Source: Alphaproteobacteria bacterium | GTDB lineage: Bacteria; Pseudomonadota; Alphaproteobacteria; SMXP01 | Length of the DNA stretch: 54,605 nucleotides | Direction of reading: 5' to 3' | Assembly: GCA_021774915.1 (NCBI GenBank) | Contig: JAJFIO010000054.1 | Span: 1 to 54,605, forward strand | Shown here: piece by piece, positions 1-9,835 of the stretch | How the letters are laid out: each line of letters begins with the position of its first letter | How positions within the stretch are numbered: the first letter of the stretch is position 1 | Program-made: the position numbers and the translations under genes | Notes under the pieces: model-generated | Databases searched by the model: none | Seen by the model: the letters and a program-made list of their open reading frames with translations, nothing else | Told to the model about the DNA's origin: nothing

Positions 1-390
1 TTCCTGCGCCCGCAAATGCTTCTTCACCGTCAGTGGATAATAAGCGCCGCCTTTGATCGTGGCGTCATTGCTGACAATCACACATTCCACGCCCCGCACC
101 CGCCCAATGCCGGTGATAAGTGAAGCGCCGTGAATATCACCGCCATACATCCCCCACGCCGCCAGGGGGCTGAGCTCCAAAAAGGGCGAGCCGGGATCGA
201 TCAGCCTGCCCACCCGCTCGCGCGGCAAAAGCTTACCCCGCTTGACATGTCGTTCACGAGATGCAGGCGAGCCGCCAAGCGCTGCACGACCCACACGATC
301 TCGTACATCCTGCAGCAGATCTTGGTTTACCTGCCTGTTCTGCGCGAAGCTTGTAGACCTGATATCAATTTCGGACGCGATAACGGACAT
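1..390 (-). CDS. 3-methylcrotonyl-CoA (acyl-CoA) carboxylase carboxyltransferase beta subunit, N-terminal part, runs off the window
   Basis: Minus-strand translation from ATG 390-388 gives [20 protein letters not shown]...[78 protein letters not shown]. This is a typical N-terminal carboxyltransferase domain. It is absent from the ORF track because it is open at the window edge. It is divergent from ivd. Confidence 0.8.
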   Translation of the reverse strand, partial: MSVIASEIDIRSTSFAQNRQVNQDLLQDVRDRVGRAALGGSPASRERHVKRGKLLPRERVGRLIDPGSPFLELSPLAAWGMYGGDIHGASLITGIGRVRGVECVIVSNDATIKGGAYYPLTVKKHLRAQE

Positions 391-499
391 GGGCGCTTTT
401 TTGCCTTTCACGCGAAAACAGGCGAATTTCAGCCATTTCTACTTATTTAGACTCAATATTTTGAGCCATAACCTATTTTTCTCTTGAACCCTACCATTA

Positions 500-512
500 A
501 TTGTCGGACAAT
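500..512. promoter_or_regulatory. 13-bp palindrome ATTGTCGGACAAT upstream of ivd, candidate GntR/FadR-type operator
   Basis: Inverted halves ATTGTC/GACAAT around a central G, about 35 nt upstream of the probable ivd ATG. It fits the loose t.GT...AC.a pattern of FadR-subfamily operators. A GntR gene is translationally coupled to ivd. Confidence 0.3.
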
Positions 513-545
513 GCGACACTTAATTATCGAACAATTTATGGTGGA

Positions 546-1697
546 ATGATGAATTTTGGGTTAGGCGAAGACATCGACATGTTGCGCGATTCTGTGGCGG
601 CCTTCACCGCCGACCACATCACCCCGCGCGCGGAAGAGATCGACCGCACCAATCAATTTCCCCGGGATCTTTGGCCCCGCCTTGGCGCACTGGGGCTGCA
701 CGGCATCACCGTGAACGAGGCCTATGGCGGCAGCGCCATGGGTTATCTCGCCCATGTCATCGCCATGGAAGAAATTAGCCGGGGCTCGGCAAGCGTCGGC
801 CTGTCCTATGGCGCCCATTCCAACCTGTGCATCAACCAGATCCACCGATGGGGGTCGGAAGAGCAAAAGAAAAAATACCTCCCCAAATTGGTCTCGGGAG
901 ATCATTTGGGCGCGCTCGCCATGTCCGAAGCCGGTGCGGGCTCGGACGTGGTGTCCCTTCGCTTGCGGGCCAAGCAAAGCGGCAATGGCTATGTACTCAA
1001 TGGAACAAAATTCTGGATCACGAATGGTCCGGATGCGGATGTTAGTGTGGTTTACGCCAAAACCGATCCGGAAGCCGGCAGCGCAGGAATCACTGCCTTT
1101 CTGATTGAAAAGAACATGCCGGGCTTTAGCACCGCGAAAAAACTCGAAAAGCTTGGCATGCGCGGTTCGGACACGGGCGAGCTGGTGTTTGAAGATTGCC
1201 AAGTATCCGGCGATCAGGTTCTTGGGGGCGTGGGCGGCGGCGCGGCCATCCTCATGAGCGGGCTTGATTATGAACGGGTTGTTCTGGCCGGAGGGCCGCT
1301 CGGCATCATGCGCGCATGTATAGATGTGGTGATGCCATATGTGCATGAACGCGAACAGTTTGGCAGGCCCATCGGCACGTTCCAGCTGATGCAGGGCAAG
1401 ATGGCGGACATGTATGTCACCATGAATGCGTGCCGCGCCTATGTTTACGCCGTTGCGCAGGCCTGCGATCGGGGGGAGACCACCCGAAAGGATGCGGCGG
1501 GCTGTATTCTTTATGCTGCCGAAAAAGCGACGCAGCTTTCATTGGAAGCCATTCAGGCACTAGGCGGAAATGGCTATATTAACGAGTTCTCTACTGGGCG
1601 GTTACTGCGCGATGCCAAACTTTATGAAATCGGCGCGGGAACATCTGAAATCCGCCGTATGCTGATTGGCCGTGAACTCTTTAACGAAACAGCATGA
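546..1697 (+). CDS. ivd: isovaleryl-CoA dehydrogenase
   Basis: ORF 501-1697 is an acyl-CoA dehydrogenase with IVD-like sequence ([16 protein letters not shown]..., [32 protein letters not shown]). The likely start is ATG 546 after GGTGGA. It neighbours the MCC beta gene. Confidence 0.85.
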   Translation: MMNFGLGEDIDMLRDSVAAFTADHITPRAEEIDRTNQFPRDLWPRLGALGLHGITVNEAYGGSAMGYLAHVIAMEEISRGSASVGLSYGAHSNLCINQIHRWGSEEQKKKYLPKLVSGDHLGALAMSEAGAGSDVVSLRLRAKQSGNGYVLNGTKFWITNGPDADVSVVYAKTDPEAGSAGITAFLIEKNMPGFSTAKKLEKLGMRGSDTGELVFEDCQVSGDQVLGGVGGGAAILMSGLDYERVVLAGGPLGIMRACIDVVMPYVHEREQFGRPIGTFQLMQGKMADMYVTMNACRAYVYAVAQACDRGETTRKDAAGCILYAAEKATQLSLEAIQALGGNGYINEFSTGRLLRDAKLYEIGAGTSEIRRMLIGRELFNETA

Positions 1698-2422
1698 CTG
1701 TCACGTTCGATAAAATAACAAGAGAGCCAGCCTATCGGCGGGTTTCGAACGTTATTGAGGAAAAAATTCTTTCGCGCAGTCTCATGCCTGGCGACGCTCT
1801 TCCCACTGAAATGGAATTGGCGGAACAATTCGGTCTTAACCGCTCTACCGTGCGCGAAGGCTTGCGGCAATTAGAAAACACCGGGCTGATAGAACGGCAG
1901 GGTGGCGGCAAGAAACTTTTCGTTACCCGCCCCCGCACGCGCGATGTCGCCGCCGGCGTCAGCCGCGCCATGGCCCTGCACGACGTGACCTTTTTCGATG
2001 TCTGGGAAACGATGATGGTCCTTGAACCTGAAGCGGCCCGCCTCGCCGCCACTCGCATCACGCCCGCGCAACTGGCTGAACTCGAAGCCATTATCCGCAC
2101 CTCGGAAGTCCATCTTGATGACGATCACAATGTGGTGGAGCAGACAGTGCGTTTCTTCAATCAATTGGCGGCATCCACCGGCAATCAGGTGCTGATGATG
2201 AGCCAGGAACCGCTGAGCCTTCTTCTGCGGCCGAGCTTGGGGTTAATGATCGGGCGGGTTGCCCAGGCGCGCAAGCGGATTGTAGACGCCCAAAAAGAAA
2301 TCCTGAAAGCGTTGAAAAAGCGCGATACCAAACAGGCCGGTGAATGGATGCGCAAACACATTCTTGATTTCCGCCGCGGCTATAGCCTCGCCGGAATCAA
2401 TCTCGATCACGTCATCACATAA
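1694..2422 (+). CDS. GntR family transcriptional regulator (FadR/FCD subfamily)
   Basis: N-terminal winged HTH ([34 protein letters not shown]) followed by a helical C-terminal domain. ATGA start/stop overlap with ivd. Confidence 0.8.
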   Translation: MTVTFDKITREPAYRRVSNVIEEKILSRSLMPGDALPTEMELAEQFGLNRSTVREGLRQLENTGLIERQGGGKKLFVTRPRTRDVAAGVSRAMALHDVTFFDVWETMMVLEPEAARLAATRITPAQLAELEAIIRTSEVHLDDDHNVVEQTVRFFNQLAASTGNQVLMMSQEPLSLLLRPSLGLMIGRVAQARKRIVDAQKEILKALKKRDTKQAGEWMRKHILDFRRGYSLAGINLDHVIT

Positions 2423-2434
2423 GGAACCCGCTGT

Positions 2435-3196
2435 TTACTTCGGCGCCATACGCAGCGCGCCATCAAGGCGGATGGTTTCGCCATTGCAATACTGGTTTTC
2501 AATCAAATGAACCGCGAGCTTGGCGTATTCGCCCGGATCACCCAAACGTTGAGGATAAGGCACGCTGGCGCCCAGTGCGGCTTGCACTTCTTGCGGCAAG
2601 CTCGCCATCATAGGTGTTTTGAACAGACCCGGCGCGATGGTGTTGACCCGTATGCCGGACCTTGAGAGATCGCGCGCGATGGGCAGCGTCATGCCTGCGA
2701 CGCCCGCTTTTGAGGCAGCATAAGCCACCTGCCCGATCTGACCTTCAAAAGCCGCCACCGATGCCGTGCACACAATGGCGCCGCGCTCACCGCCTTCCAG
2801 AGGTTCGGTCGTTCCCATTTGAACGGCCACAAGGCGGATGCAGTTAAATGTCCCCACCAGATTGACTTTCAGAACTTTTTCAAAGGCCTCCAACGGGTGC
2901 GGCTCGCCCCGGCCCACCGTTTTCATGCCAATGGCGATGCCTGCGCAGTTGACGAGAATCCGCACCGGCCCATGCGCGTCCACAGAGGTCGCCAAACCGT
3001 TTTGCACATCCGCTTCGCTGGAAACATCCACACGGGCAAAGCGCCCGCCAATGTCTTGCGCCACTTGTCGGCCGCGCTCTTCGTTCATATCAAAGAGGGT
3101 GACTTTTGCCCCTTTAGCAGCCAGGGCGCGCGCGCTGGCCTCCCCCAATCCGGAAGCCCCGCCAGTAACAATTGCCGCATGATTTTGTATGTCCAT
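2435..3196 (-). CDS. short-chain dehydrogenase/reductase, 3-hydroxyacyl-CoA dehydrogenase type-2-like
   Basis: MDIQNHAAIVTGGASGLGEASARAL (TGxxxGxG) and a YAASKAGV catalytic motif. The start is taken at MDIQ; the track ORF extends to 3226. Confidence 0.75.
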   Translation of the reverse strand: MDIQNHAAIVTGGASGLGEASARALAAKGAKVTLFDMNEERGRQVAQDIGGRFARVDVSSEADVQNGLATSVDAHGPVRILVNCAGIAIGMKTVGRGEPHPLEAFEKVLKVNLVGTFNCIRLVAVQMGTTEPLEGGERGAIVCTASVAAFEGQIGQVAYAASKAGVAGMTLPIARDLSRSGIRVNTIAPGLFKTPMMASLPQEVQAALGASVPYPQRLGDPGEYAKLAVHLIENQYCNGETIRLDGALRMAPK

Positions 3197-4017
3197 AGTC
3201 TTTCCCCTGCGCAACGCGCCGATCACCTAGATGTGATCTTTCTATAAGGTGTCCCGCTTTTCGGCAATGGCAGTGACCACAAGCAGTTCAGCAGCTGGGC
3301 GCGTATCTTCAGCAAATCTTGACGGGCCTTGTCAGAAGAGCCATCACGATGGCCCCTCTTTCAAGAGCCGCAATGGAGAATTCTGGCGCAGTGGGCAGGT
3401 GCAGACGAGACCTGCTCTGGGTCGTTTTCCCTGATACACGGGAAAGTACAAGGAAAAATCGTGATTTGGCACTTATACGCGCTGAAGAAGCACAAAAACA
3501 CCAGCACTTCTGCTGTTTTTAGCGCATTTTCCCTAAGAACTTAACAGGGAAAAACTTTGGTGGAACAGTGAAACCCACCGGAAAACCAAAAAACCCTACT
3601 CACACTGTATATTGCCTGAAGAAGGTGGAAGCCGCTCATTATCAATTGGTCTGACCTTGTGATTTTTGGGCCGCCAAACCCGAGACTGTAACGCTCTCAA
3701 AGTCGTCCAGATTTTCACTCAAGTCTTGGCGGCGATGCATATCATCTTATTCTGGGCGTTGAAATAACCGTGCCCTCTGAGGAGGGGGGTTGGAATGGCA
3801 CCATCAGATATATCGTCCTCTACCAACAATCCACGTAGAGATGACTGGTCGGGACGAAGCACGGGCGTTAGATTTCTACGACGATTATGGAGTTGGGTAT
3901 CGGGACTTGGTGGTGTCTTGCTCCCTATAACTGAGCCATATAATTTGTGATATTCTACAAAGTTGAAGCGCTACCCTTGGTTGGGCCACCCGGCTGGAGG
4001 ACTTCCGGGTTTCAGTC

Positions 4018-4917
4018 TCACGGCAGATGAAGTTTTTGATAGGTACAAGGATTTTTTATTGAATACGACGCCGATTGAAACGTGTTTTCGAGCAACATCG
4101 TAACAGTCATCGGCCCGACACCGCCAGGAACCGGCGTGATAAATGATGCTTTTTGCGCGATGCCTTCAAAATCGACATCGCCCGACAAACGTCCGTCCGG
4201 CATTCTGTTAATCCCGACATCGATAACGACGGCACCGGTCTTGACCATTTGAGGCAAAATAAGATTGGGCTTGCCCGCCGCAACCACAAGAATATCCGCC
4301 AGGATTGTAAATTGCGCGAGATCGCGCGTTTTTGCATGACAAATTGCGACAGTGGCGTCTCTCGCCATGAGCATAAGCGCCATCGGCTTCCCAACAATAT
4401 TGCTGGCGCCGACGATGACCACATTTTGCCCTTCAATGTTTATGTTTTCGCTTTCGAGCAACTTGACGACGCCATAAGGCGTGCAAGGCGAAAATATTGT
4501 GTCGCCAATAACGAGCCCTCCAACATTGTATAGGTGAAAACCGTCAACATCCTTCTCAATAGCAATCGCTTCGAGAACCTTGCGCACGTTTACGTGAGTC
4601 GGTAGTGGCAACTGAACCAGAATACCGTGAATGTCCGGGTCGTCGTTCAGTGCCTTAATCTTTTCAATCAGGTCGTCAGTTTCAATTTCAACGCCAAAGC
4701 GCTGCGTAACGGATTTGATTCCAACGCTTCCACAGGCGCGAACTTTGTTGGATACGTACACGGTCGAGGCCGGATCATCGCCGACAAGAATCACGGCCAA
4801 TCCAGGCGTAACACCACTCATTTTTTTCAATGCAGAGATCTTTTCCGCCAGCTCCAAGCGAATGCGCGAAGCCACTGCTTTACCATCAATAATCTTTGCC
4901 AGCACTCTGCCCCCCAT
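4018..4917 (-). CDS. folD: bifunctional methylene-THF dehydrogenase / methenyl-THF cyclohydrolase
   Basis: AKIIDGKAVASRIR..., VILVGDDPASTVYVSNKVRA, LVQLPLP, VVIVGASNIVGKPMA, TPVPGGVGPMTV. Confidence 0.9.
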   Translation of the reverse strand: MGGRVLAKIIDGKAVASRIRLELAEKISALKKMSGVTPGLAVILVGDDPASTVYVSNKVRACGSVGIKSVTQRFGVEIETDDLIEKIKALNDDPDIHGILVQLPLPTHVNVRKVLEAIAIEKDVDGFHLYNVGGLVIGDTIFSPCTPYGVVKLLESENINIEGQNVVIVGASNIVGKPMALMLMARDATVAICHAKTRDLAQFTILADILVVAAGKPNLILPQMVKTGAVVIDVGINRMPDGRLSGDVDFEGIAQKASFITPVPGGVGPMTVTMLLENTFQSASYSIKNPCTYQKLHLP

Positions 4918-4985
4918 AAATAAAGTGACATAAAAAATGTTGCCTTAACACGAACAACCTCCTGAACGCCGGTTCACATATTCGA

Positions 4986-5618
4986 TCAATCAAAAACTGT
5001 CGCACAATCCGTTTTGACCCTTATTTCATTCTCTGAAACGCCGTTGGCGATCTCCTTAACAGCCAAATGCGATCCTTGAGGCTCGAACACCCCAAGATTT
5101 GTGATGACGAGGTCGACGACACCTTCCCCTGTGAGAGGAAGCGTGCATTTTGCTAACAATTTAGAGCTTCCGCTTTTCGAGGTGTGATCCATGACAACAA
5201 CAACGCGCTTAACGCCTGCGACGAGGTCCATGGCGCCGCCCATCCCTTTTACGCTCTTTCCCGGAATCATCCAATTGGCGAGATCCCCGTTGGCGGAAAC
5301 TTCCATCGCGCCGAGGATAGCAAGATCAATGTGCCCTCCGCGGATCATCGCAAAACTATCCGCAGAAGAAAAATAAGATGTAAGCGGCAATTCGGAAACC
5401 GTTTGCTTTCCCGCATTGATAAGATCGGGATCTTCCTCCCCTGGATACGGAAAAGGCCCCATGGCAAGCATACCATTTTCAGATTGCAATATAACATTCA
5501 CTGATGACGGGATGTAGTTTGCGACTAGAGTCGGAATCCCAATACCGAGATTCACATAAAACCCGTTTTGAAGTTCCGCAGCGGCCCGTTTCGCCATGTC
5601 TTCGCGTCTCCAGGACAT
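4986..5618 (-). CDS. 3-oxoacid/3-oxoadipate CoA-transferase subunit B
   Basis: MSWRREDMAKRAAAELQNGFYVNLGIGIPT... and an SENG active-site motif. ATG 5618-5616 lies one nt after the subunit A stop (5622-5620). Confidence 0.8.
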   Translation of the reverse strand: MSWRREDMAKRAAAELQNGFYVNLGIGIPTLVANYIPSSVNVILQSENGMLAMGPFPYPGEEDPDLINAGKQTVSELPLTSYFSSADSFAMIRGGHIDLAILGAMEVSANGDLANWMIPGKSVKGMGGAMDLVAGVKRVVVVMDHTSKSGSSKLLAKCTLPLTGEGVVDLVITNLGVFEPQGSHLAVKEIANGVSENEIRVKTDCATVFD

Positions 5619-5619
5619 A

Positions 5620-6348
5620 CTAAGGTTTCCGATCACGGTTTGTCGTAAGTTCAATCCTTTTTCCAACGGTCGATTTCACAACCCGTTGAACAAAAATTCC
5701 TGGCGTATGGATATGGTCTGGATCCAAGACTCCAACTGGCACGATCTCCATCACTTCCGCGATTGTCACTGTTCCGGACATGGCCATCATCGGATTAAAG
5801 TTTCGCGCAGTTTTCCGGTAAATCAGATTACCCTCTTCGTCAGCGATCTCAGCACGGATTAGCGAAAGGTCCGCACGTATGCTGCGTTCGAGAATATACG
5901 TTTGCCCGTCAAACGACATGTGAGGCTTACCCTCTGCGACCAGCGTGCCGACGCCGGTTCTGGTGTAAAATCCCGGAATGCCCGCTCCGCCCGCGCGAAT
6001 ACGCTCCGACATCGTACCTTGCGGGGAAAATTCTAATTCAATTTTTCCGTTAAGATAGGCGCTCTCGAAGGTCTTGTTATTGCCGACATATGATGAAATC
6101 ATTTTTCTTATCTGACCGCTCTCGATGAGGCGAGCAAGTCCAATCCCATCTACTCCGGCATTATTTGATACGACCGTAAGCCCCTTCACGCCAGACTGGC
6201 GCAACGCATCGATCAGACTTTCCGGCATACCGCAAAGGCCAAAACCCCCACAACATATTAGCATATCGTCTCGCACGATATCGGTCAGCACCGAGATTGG
6301 TTCATCGAAAACCTTACGATTTCCCATAAGCACCCCCAAATTTCGCAC
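5620..6348 (-). CDS. 3-oxoacid/3-oxoadipate CoA-transferase subunit A
   Basis: CCGGFGLCGMPESLIDAL, NNAG, SYVGNN, GGAGIPGFYT. The start may instead be Met at 6327. Confidence 0.8.
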   Translation of the reverse strand: MRNLGVLMGNRKVFDEPISVLTDIVRDDMLICCGGFGLCGMPESLIDALRQSGVKGLTVVSNNAGVDGIGLARLIESGQIRKMISSYVGNNKTFESAYLNGKIELEFSPQGTMSERIRAGGAGIPGFYTRTGVGTLVAEGKPHMSFDGQTYILERSIRADLSLIRAEIADEEGNLIYRKTARNFNPMMAMSGTVTIAEVMEIVPVGVLDPDHIHTPGIFVQRVVKSTVGKRIELTTNRDRKP

Positions 6349-6498
6349 TCAGGTTTCGGATGCCCACCTCACCGCGCGCCGGTTCTTCACTAACAACGGC
6401 GCGTGATGCGATGCCGACAGCATCCAGCCTGATCCGCACAACCTATTAATCGTTGCCCTTGGCACTGATTCCGGAGCACCCGCCAGCAAGGCTGGCCA

Positions 6499-7368
6499 TT
6501 AACGATCAAAGACGACCGTCCTATTCCCATCAATAATCACTCTGTCTTCCAAATGAAGTTTGACAGCTCGGCTCAACACGCGCCGCTCGATTTCGCGACC
6601 TTTTCGAATTAATCGTTCCGGCGAGTCGGAATGACTAACGTTTTCAACATCTTGCACAATAATTGGACCCTCATCTAACTCGCTTGTAACATAGTGAGCC
6701 GTGGCGCCTATCATTTTGACGCCGCGATCATATGCCTGATGATAGGGTTTTGCGCCTACGAAACTGGGCAAAAAGCTATGATGAATATTGATACAATTGG
6801 TGGCATGCTCATCAGCGAAGTCGTTAGAGAGAATTTGCATATAACGGGCAAGAACCAAGAGTTCAGCACCGGTTGATGAAATTATCTCACGAAGCTCTGA
6901 CTCTTGCTGAGCTTTTGTCTCACGCGTGATCGGCAGATGGTAAAACGGGATGGCGTAATCTGACCTTAGATTCAGACTAACATTCAACTTGTCTTCCGGA
7001 TGATTTGAAACAACCGCGACGATATTCATGTCGAGTTCGCCAATTCGACTTTTGTAGATAAGATCTGCCAAACAATGATCAATCTTAGATACCAGAATAA
7101 GTACGCGAACTTTTTCATCTTCTCTTTTCAGCTTTATGCGAGGATTGCGCAACGCCTCGGACGCCTTTGTCCTTTCTAAAAATAGGCGTCGATCAAATTT
7201 ATTTGGATCAACATCAAAAACGACGCGCATAAAGAAGACGTGATTTACCCTTTCCTCAAACTGGTTGGCTTCTACGATGTTTCCGCCACATTGAAGAATC
7301 CCCGACGCCACGGTGGCAACGACGCCTGGGCGGTCTTCGCATGTCAAAGTTAAAATCAGTCTTTCCAT
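6499..7368 (-). CDS. purU: formyltetrahydrofolate deformylase
   Basis: N-terminal ACT domain (LILTLTCEDRPGVVATVASGI) plus a formyltransferase core (INIHHSFLPSFVGAKPYHQAYDRGVKMIGATAHYVTSELDEGPII). Confidence 0.85.
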   Translation of the reverse strand: MERLILTLTCEDRPGVVATVASGILQCGGNIVEANQFEERVNHVFFMRVVFDVDPNKFDRRLFLERTKASEALRNPRIKLKREDEKVRVLILVSKIDHCLADLIYKSRIGELDMNIVAVVSNHPEDKLNVSLNLRSDYAIPFYHLPITRETKAQQESELREIISSTGAELLVLARYMQILSNDFADEHATNCINIHHSFLPSFVGAKPYHQAYDRGVKMIGATAHYVTSELDEGPIIVQDVENVSHSDSPERLIRKGREIERRVLSRAVKLHLEDRVIIDGNRTVVFDR

Positions 7369-7386
7369 ATCAGACCCTAAATAAAA

Positions 7387-8298
7387 TCACACGCCGCTCG
7401 CTTTAGTTTCTCGACGTATGAAATCAAATGTTTTCTCAATAGAACCGAAGGTGAAAAAATGTGCGGCAGAAATATTTAGGTCAGGATTTTGATTTTGCGC
7501 GGTCGCGACGCCTTGAAGCACTTTTAATGGTCCGCCTCCGGCAAACATATTCTTTGCAGAACTGCTTTTTTCACGTATAAAGCGAACGGACGGACCAACA
7601 CCGCACAACATTGCATATTTAAGTAGGGCCGCGCTACTTGCAGGGCCAGCAACGCCAACGCGCACAGGCGCATCAATCCCGAAATCTCTAAGCTCAGACA
7701 CTTTGTCGACAATCAGCTTATAATCAAAACAAAACTGAGTTATGAGGCCGACATCTATTCCGGCACTCTGCGCGTAATTTATTTTGGCCGCTCGCGCCTC
7801 CGCGAGCAGGCGGTCATTTATCCGGGGATGACTTTCGGGATACACGCCAAAGTACAATTTTGAAAATCCAAAACTCTGAAATTGGTCTGTGTCCAGCAAA
7901 TCAAGTCCTGACTCGTAATTTCCTTTAGGGACATCGCGATCTCCGCCGACAATTAGCGCCCGATCAACTCCTTCGTCGCTCAAAGCGCCCAAGAGCAATG
8001 TCAATTCATTTCGATCCGCAATATTTCGCGCAACGATATGCGGCGTGGGGATTAATCCTGCTTTCTTCAGACCTCGCACAGCGCGCGTTAAAGCGCTCGC
8101 CTTGGTTTTCGGTAATGATGCAATAAATACTTCGTGATTTTTTGGACAATACTTTATCGCCGACTGCACCATCGACAGATTATCGGGCAGGACTTCTACC
8201 GAATAGCTAGACAGCAGTTCTTCCGTAGCAAATATTTTTTTTGAATGTGGCTCAAGAATTTCGCGATCGGGCGCGACATCAGATTTGTCATGAAACAT
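7387..8298 (-). CDS. metF: methylenetetrahydrofolate reductase family protein
   Basis: MetF-like length, an LITQFCFD motif and a position between a THF-dependent demethylase and purU. The start is taken at MFHDKSD; the track ORF extends to 8343. Confidence 0.6.
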   Translation of the reverse strand: MFHDKSDVAPDREILEPHSKKIFATEELLSSYSVEVLPDNLSMVQSAIKYCPKNHEVFIASLPKTKASALTRAVRGLKKAGLIPTPHIVARNIADRNELTLLLGALSDEGVDRALIVGGDRDVPKGNYESGLDLLDTDQFQSFGFSKLYFGVYPESHPRINDRLLAEARAAKINYAQSAGIDVGLITQFCFDYKLIVDKVSELRDFGIDAPVRVGVAGPASSAALLKYAMLCGVGPSVRFIREKSSSAKNMFAGGGPLKVLQGVATAQNQNPDLNISAAHFFTFGSIEKTFDFIRRETKASGV

Positions 8299-8339
8299 TA
8301 TGCAACACTTTCCAACATGGAGTAGAGAGAGGCGGGCCT

Positions 8340-9689
8340 TCAAGACTTTGTATAGGGTTTTTCCCGAACAGTAGCTCGAATGGTCGTTTGTATGTGGCGT
8401 TCAACAGTCGGCTTGTTGGTGCCGCCATCCTCCTCTCCCCAAATGATAGTCACGTCGGCGCCTGGTTCAGCGCTCGCTTGATCCATCATCGCTAGGGAGA
8501 TCCAACCGCCAAGATTGGCGGAATAAGCAGGATAAGTCGAAAGACCTACGAGTTTGTCCCCGATCATCACAGAGTCGAAAGGTAACGTGGCGTAATGTGC
8601 GCTCGGCATTTCCATGTATTTAAAGCGGTCGCCATCGTTAAACTGACTTGCGCAAACTTTCAGTACATCATCCTTATTCCAAGAAAGCCAAACTTTTTTC
8701 TTGTGTGGCTCATTCTCCATCTTCCTCAATGCTTCCGCACCAATGAAATCGTGATCGAATTTTATGAAGGAGCCATAACCCATATCCCATGGGGTAACGT
8801 AATAATCTTCGATATTGTTCGATACATAGCTGCCGCCTAATGAAGCCAGCCCTTCAAAACTTCTTGCTGGCAACCATTCGCGATATGATTTCATGTCCTC
8901 GCCGGTATAGATTGCCGGAACAGCCGCTGGTATCCACCCGGATTCAACCGCCGTTGAAGGATATACGCGCGCGCCCATCTGACGTAAGCCCAAATTAGCA
9001 CCGGCCTCGATGAGTATTTCTTTCACCGCATCTCCATATTTTTTTGGACCCCAGAACTCAAACCCAGGGGCGCCGGACATGCGATGATTTAAAGCCGTAA
9101 CTTCATATTCGCCGATCTTAAATTTACCCATTTTGAAAAATTTTATTTCGGGTAAGGGACCGCCATTTGCACACTCGAGAATTTTCTGGGCGGTCGGTCC
9201 CTGCAACTGAAAACGAAACAAAATGCGCTCGTTAGGATTGGTAAAACTGCTCTCGTCGCGAGTCACTTCGACATCGTACCCTCCAGTTTCCGCATTATAT
9301 GCCACCCAATTTGGGACCACAGGCATGCCCACAATGCTAATTTTGTGCTCAGCGTGGCAGCATAAAATTGCGTCGCCTATCATGTAGCCATTATTATTGA
9401 TACAAACGAGCTGCTTGGCCTGCATCGGACCGAATTTGGCGAAGCTGTTTACCCCAACTTTTGACAGCAACTTATAGACGTCCGGCCCTTCAAAAAAAAA
9501 CTCGGTCATGTGGTAAGACATGTCTTGCATCGCTGCGGTTTCCCGCCATGCACGCTGCTCGTCTCGCCAGTTTGAGTATTCTGGTTCGACAGGAAACGGA
9601 AACGGTCCGAGTGGAGAATTCCTTAACATATCGACCGGGTTCCCGATCTGATTGATATGCTCCTCCAGTGACGCGCCCTCAGTCATCAT
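8340..9689 (-). CDS. tetrahydrofolate-dependent aromatic O-demethylase (GcvT-fold, LigM/DesA-like vanillate / 3-O-methylgallate demethylase)
   Basis: From memory it is close to Sphingobium SYK-6 LigM. Shared motifs: GNPVDMLRNS, EYSNWRDEQRAWRE, GAPGFEFWGP, ESGWIPAAVPAIYTGEDMKSYREWLPA, SNNIEDYYVTPWDMGYGSFIKFDHDFIGAEAL. Confidence 0.75.
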   Translation of the reverse strand: MMTEGASLEEHINQIGNPVDMLRNSPLGPFPFPVEPEYSNWRDEQRAWRETAAMQDMSYHMTEFFFEGPDVYKLLSKVGVNSFAKFGPMQAKQLVCINNNGYMIGDAILCCHAEHKISIVGMPVVPNWVAYNAETGGYDVEVTRDESSFTNPNERILFRFQLQGPTAQKILECANGGPLPEIKFFKMGKFKIGEYEVTALNHRMSGAPGFEFWGPKKYGDAVKEILIEAGANLGLRQMGARVYPSTAVESGWIPAAVPAIYTGEDMKSYREWLPARSFEGLASLGGSYVSNNIEDYYVTPWDMGYGSFIKFDHDFIGAEALRKMENEPHKKKVWLSWNKDDVLKVCASQFNDGDRFKYMEMPSAHYATLPFDSVMIGDKLVGLSTYPAYSANLGGWISLAMMDQASAEPGADVTIIWGEEDGGTNKPTVERHIQTTIRATVREKPYTKS

Positions 9690-9835
9690 TCATCCTCCCA
9701 GTGGACAATTCGGTTTTACTTAGAATTGGCAGACCTCAGTTAACTCCACGCAGTTGCTATCAGCACTTGCGCCTTAACAACCGACCCCGCGTCGGTCCAG
9801 TCAACCCACATGGCCAACATGGACCGAACAAGCCC

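Noticed and set aside
561-1346. 261-aa minus-strand ORF inside ivd, and similar long antisense ORFs at 9668-10261, 32581-33174, 33781-34476, 46749-47945 and 51726-52703
   Set aside because: Each lies entirely antisense to a gene with strong family motifs and has an Arg/Gly/Ala-rich shadow-ORF composition.
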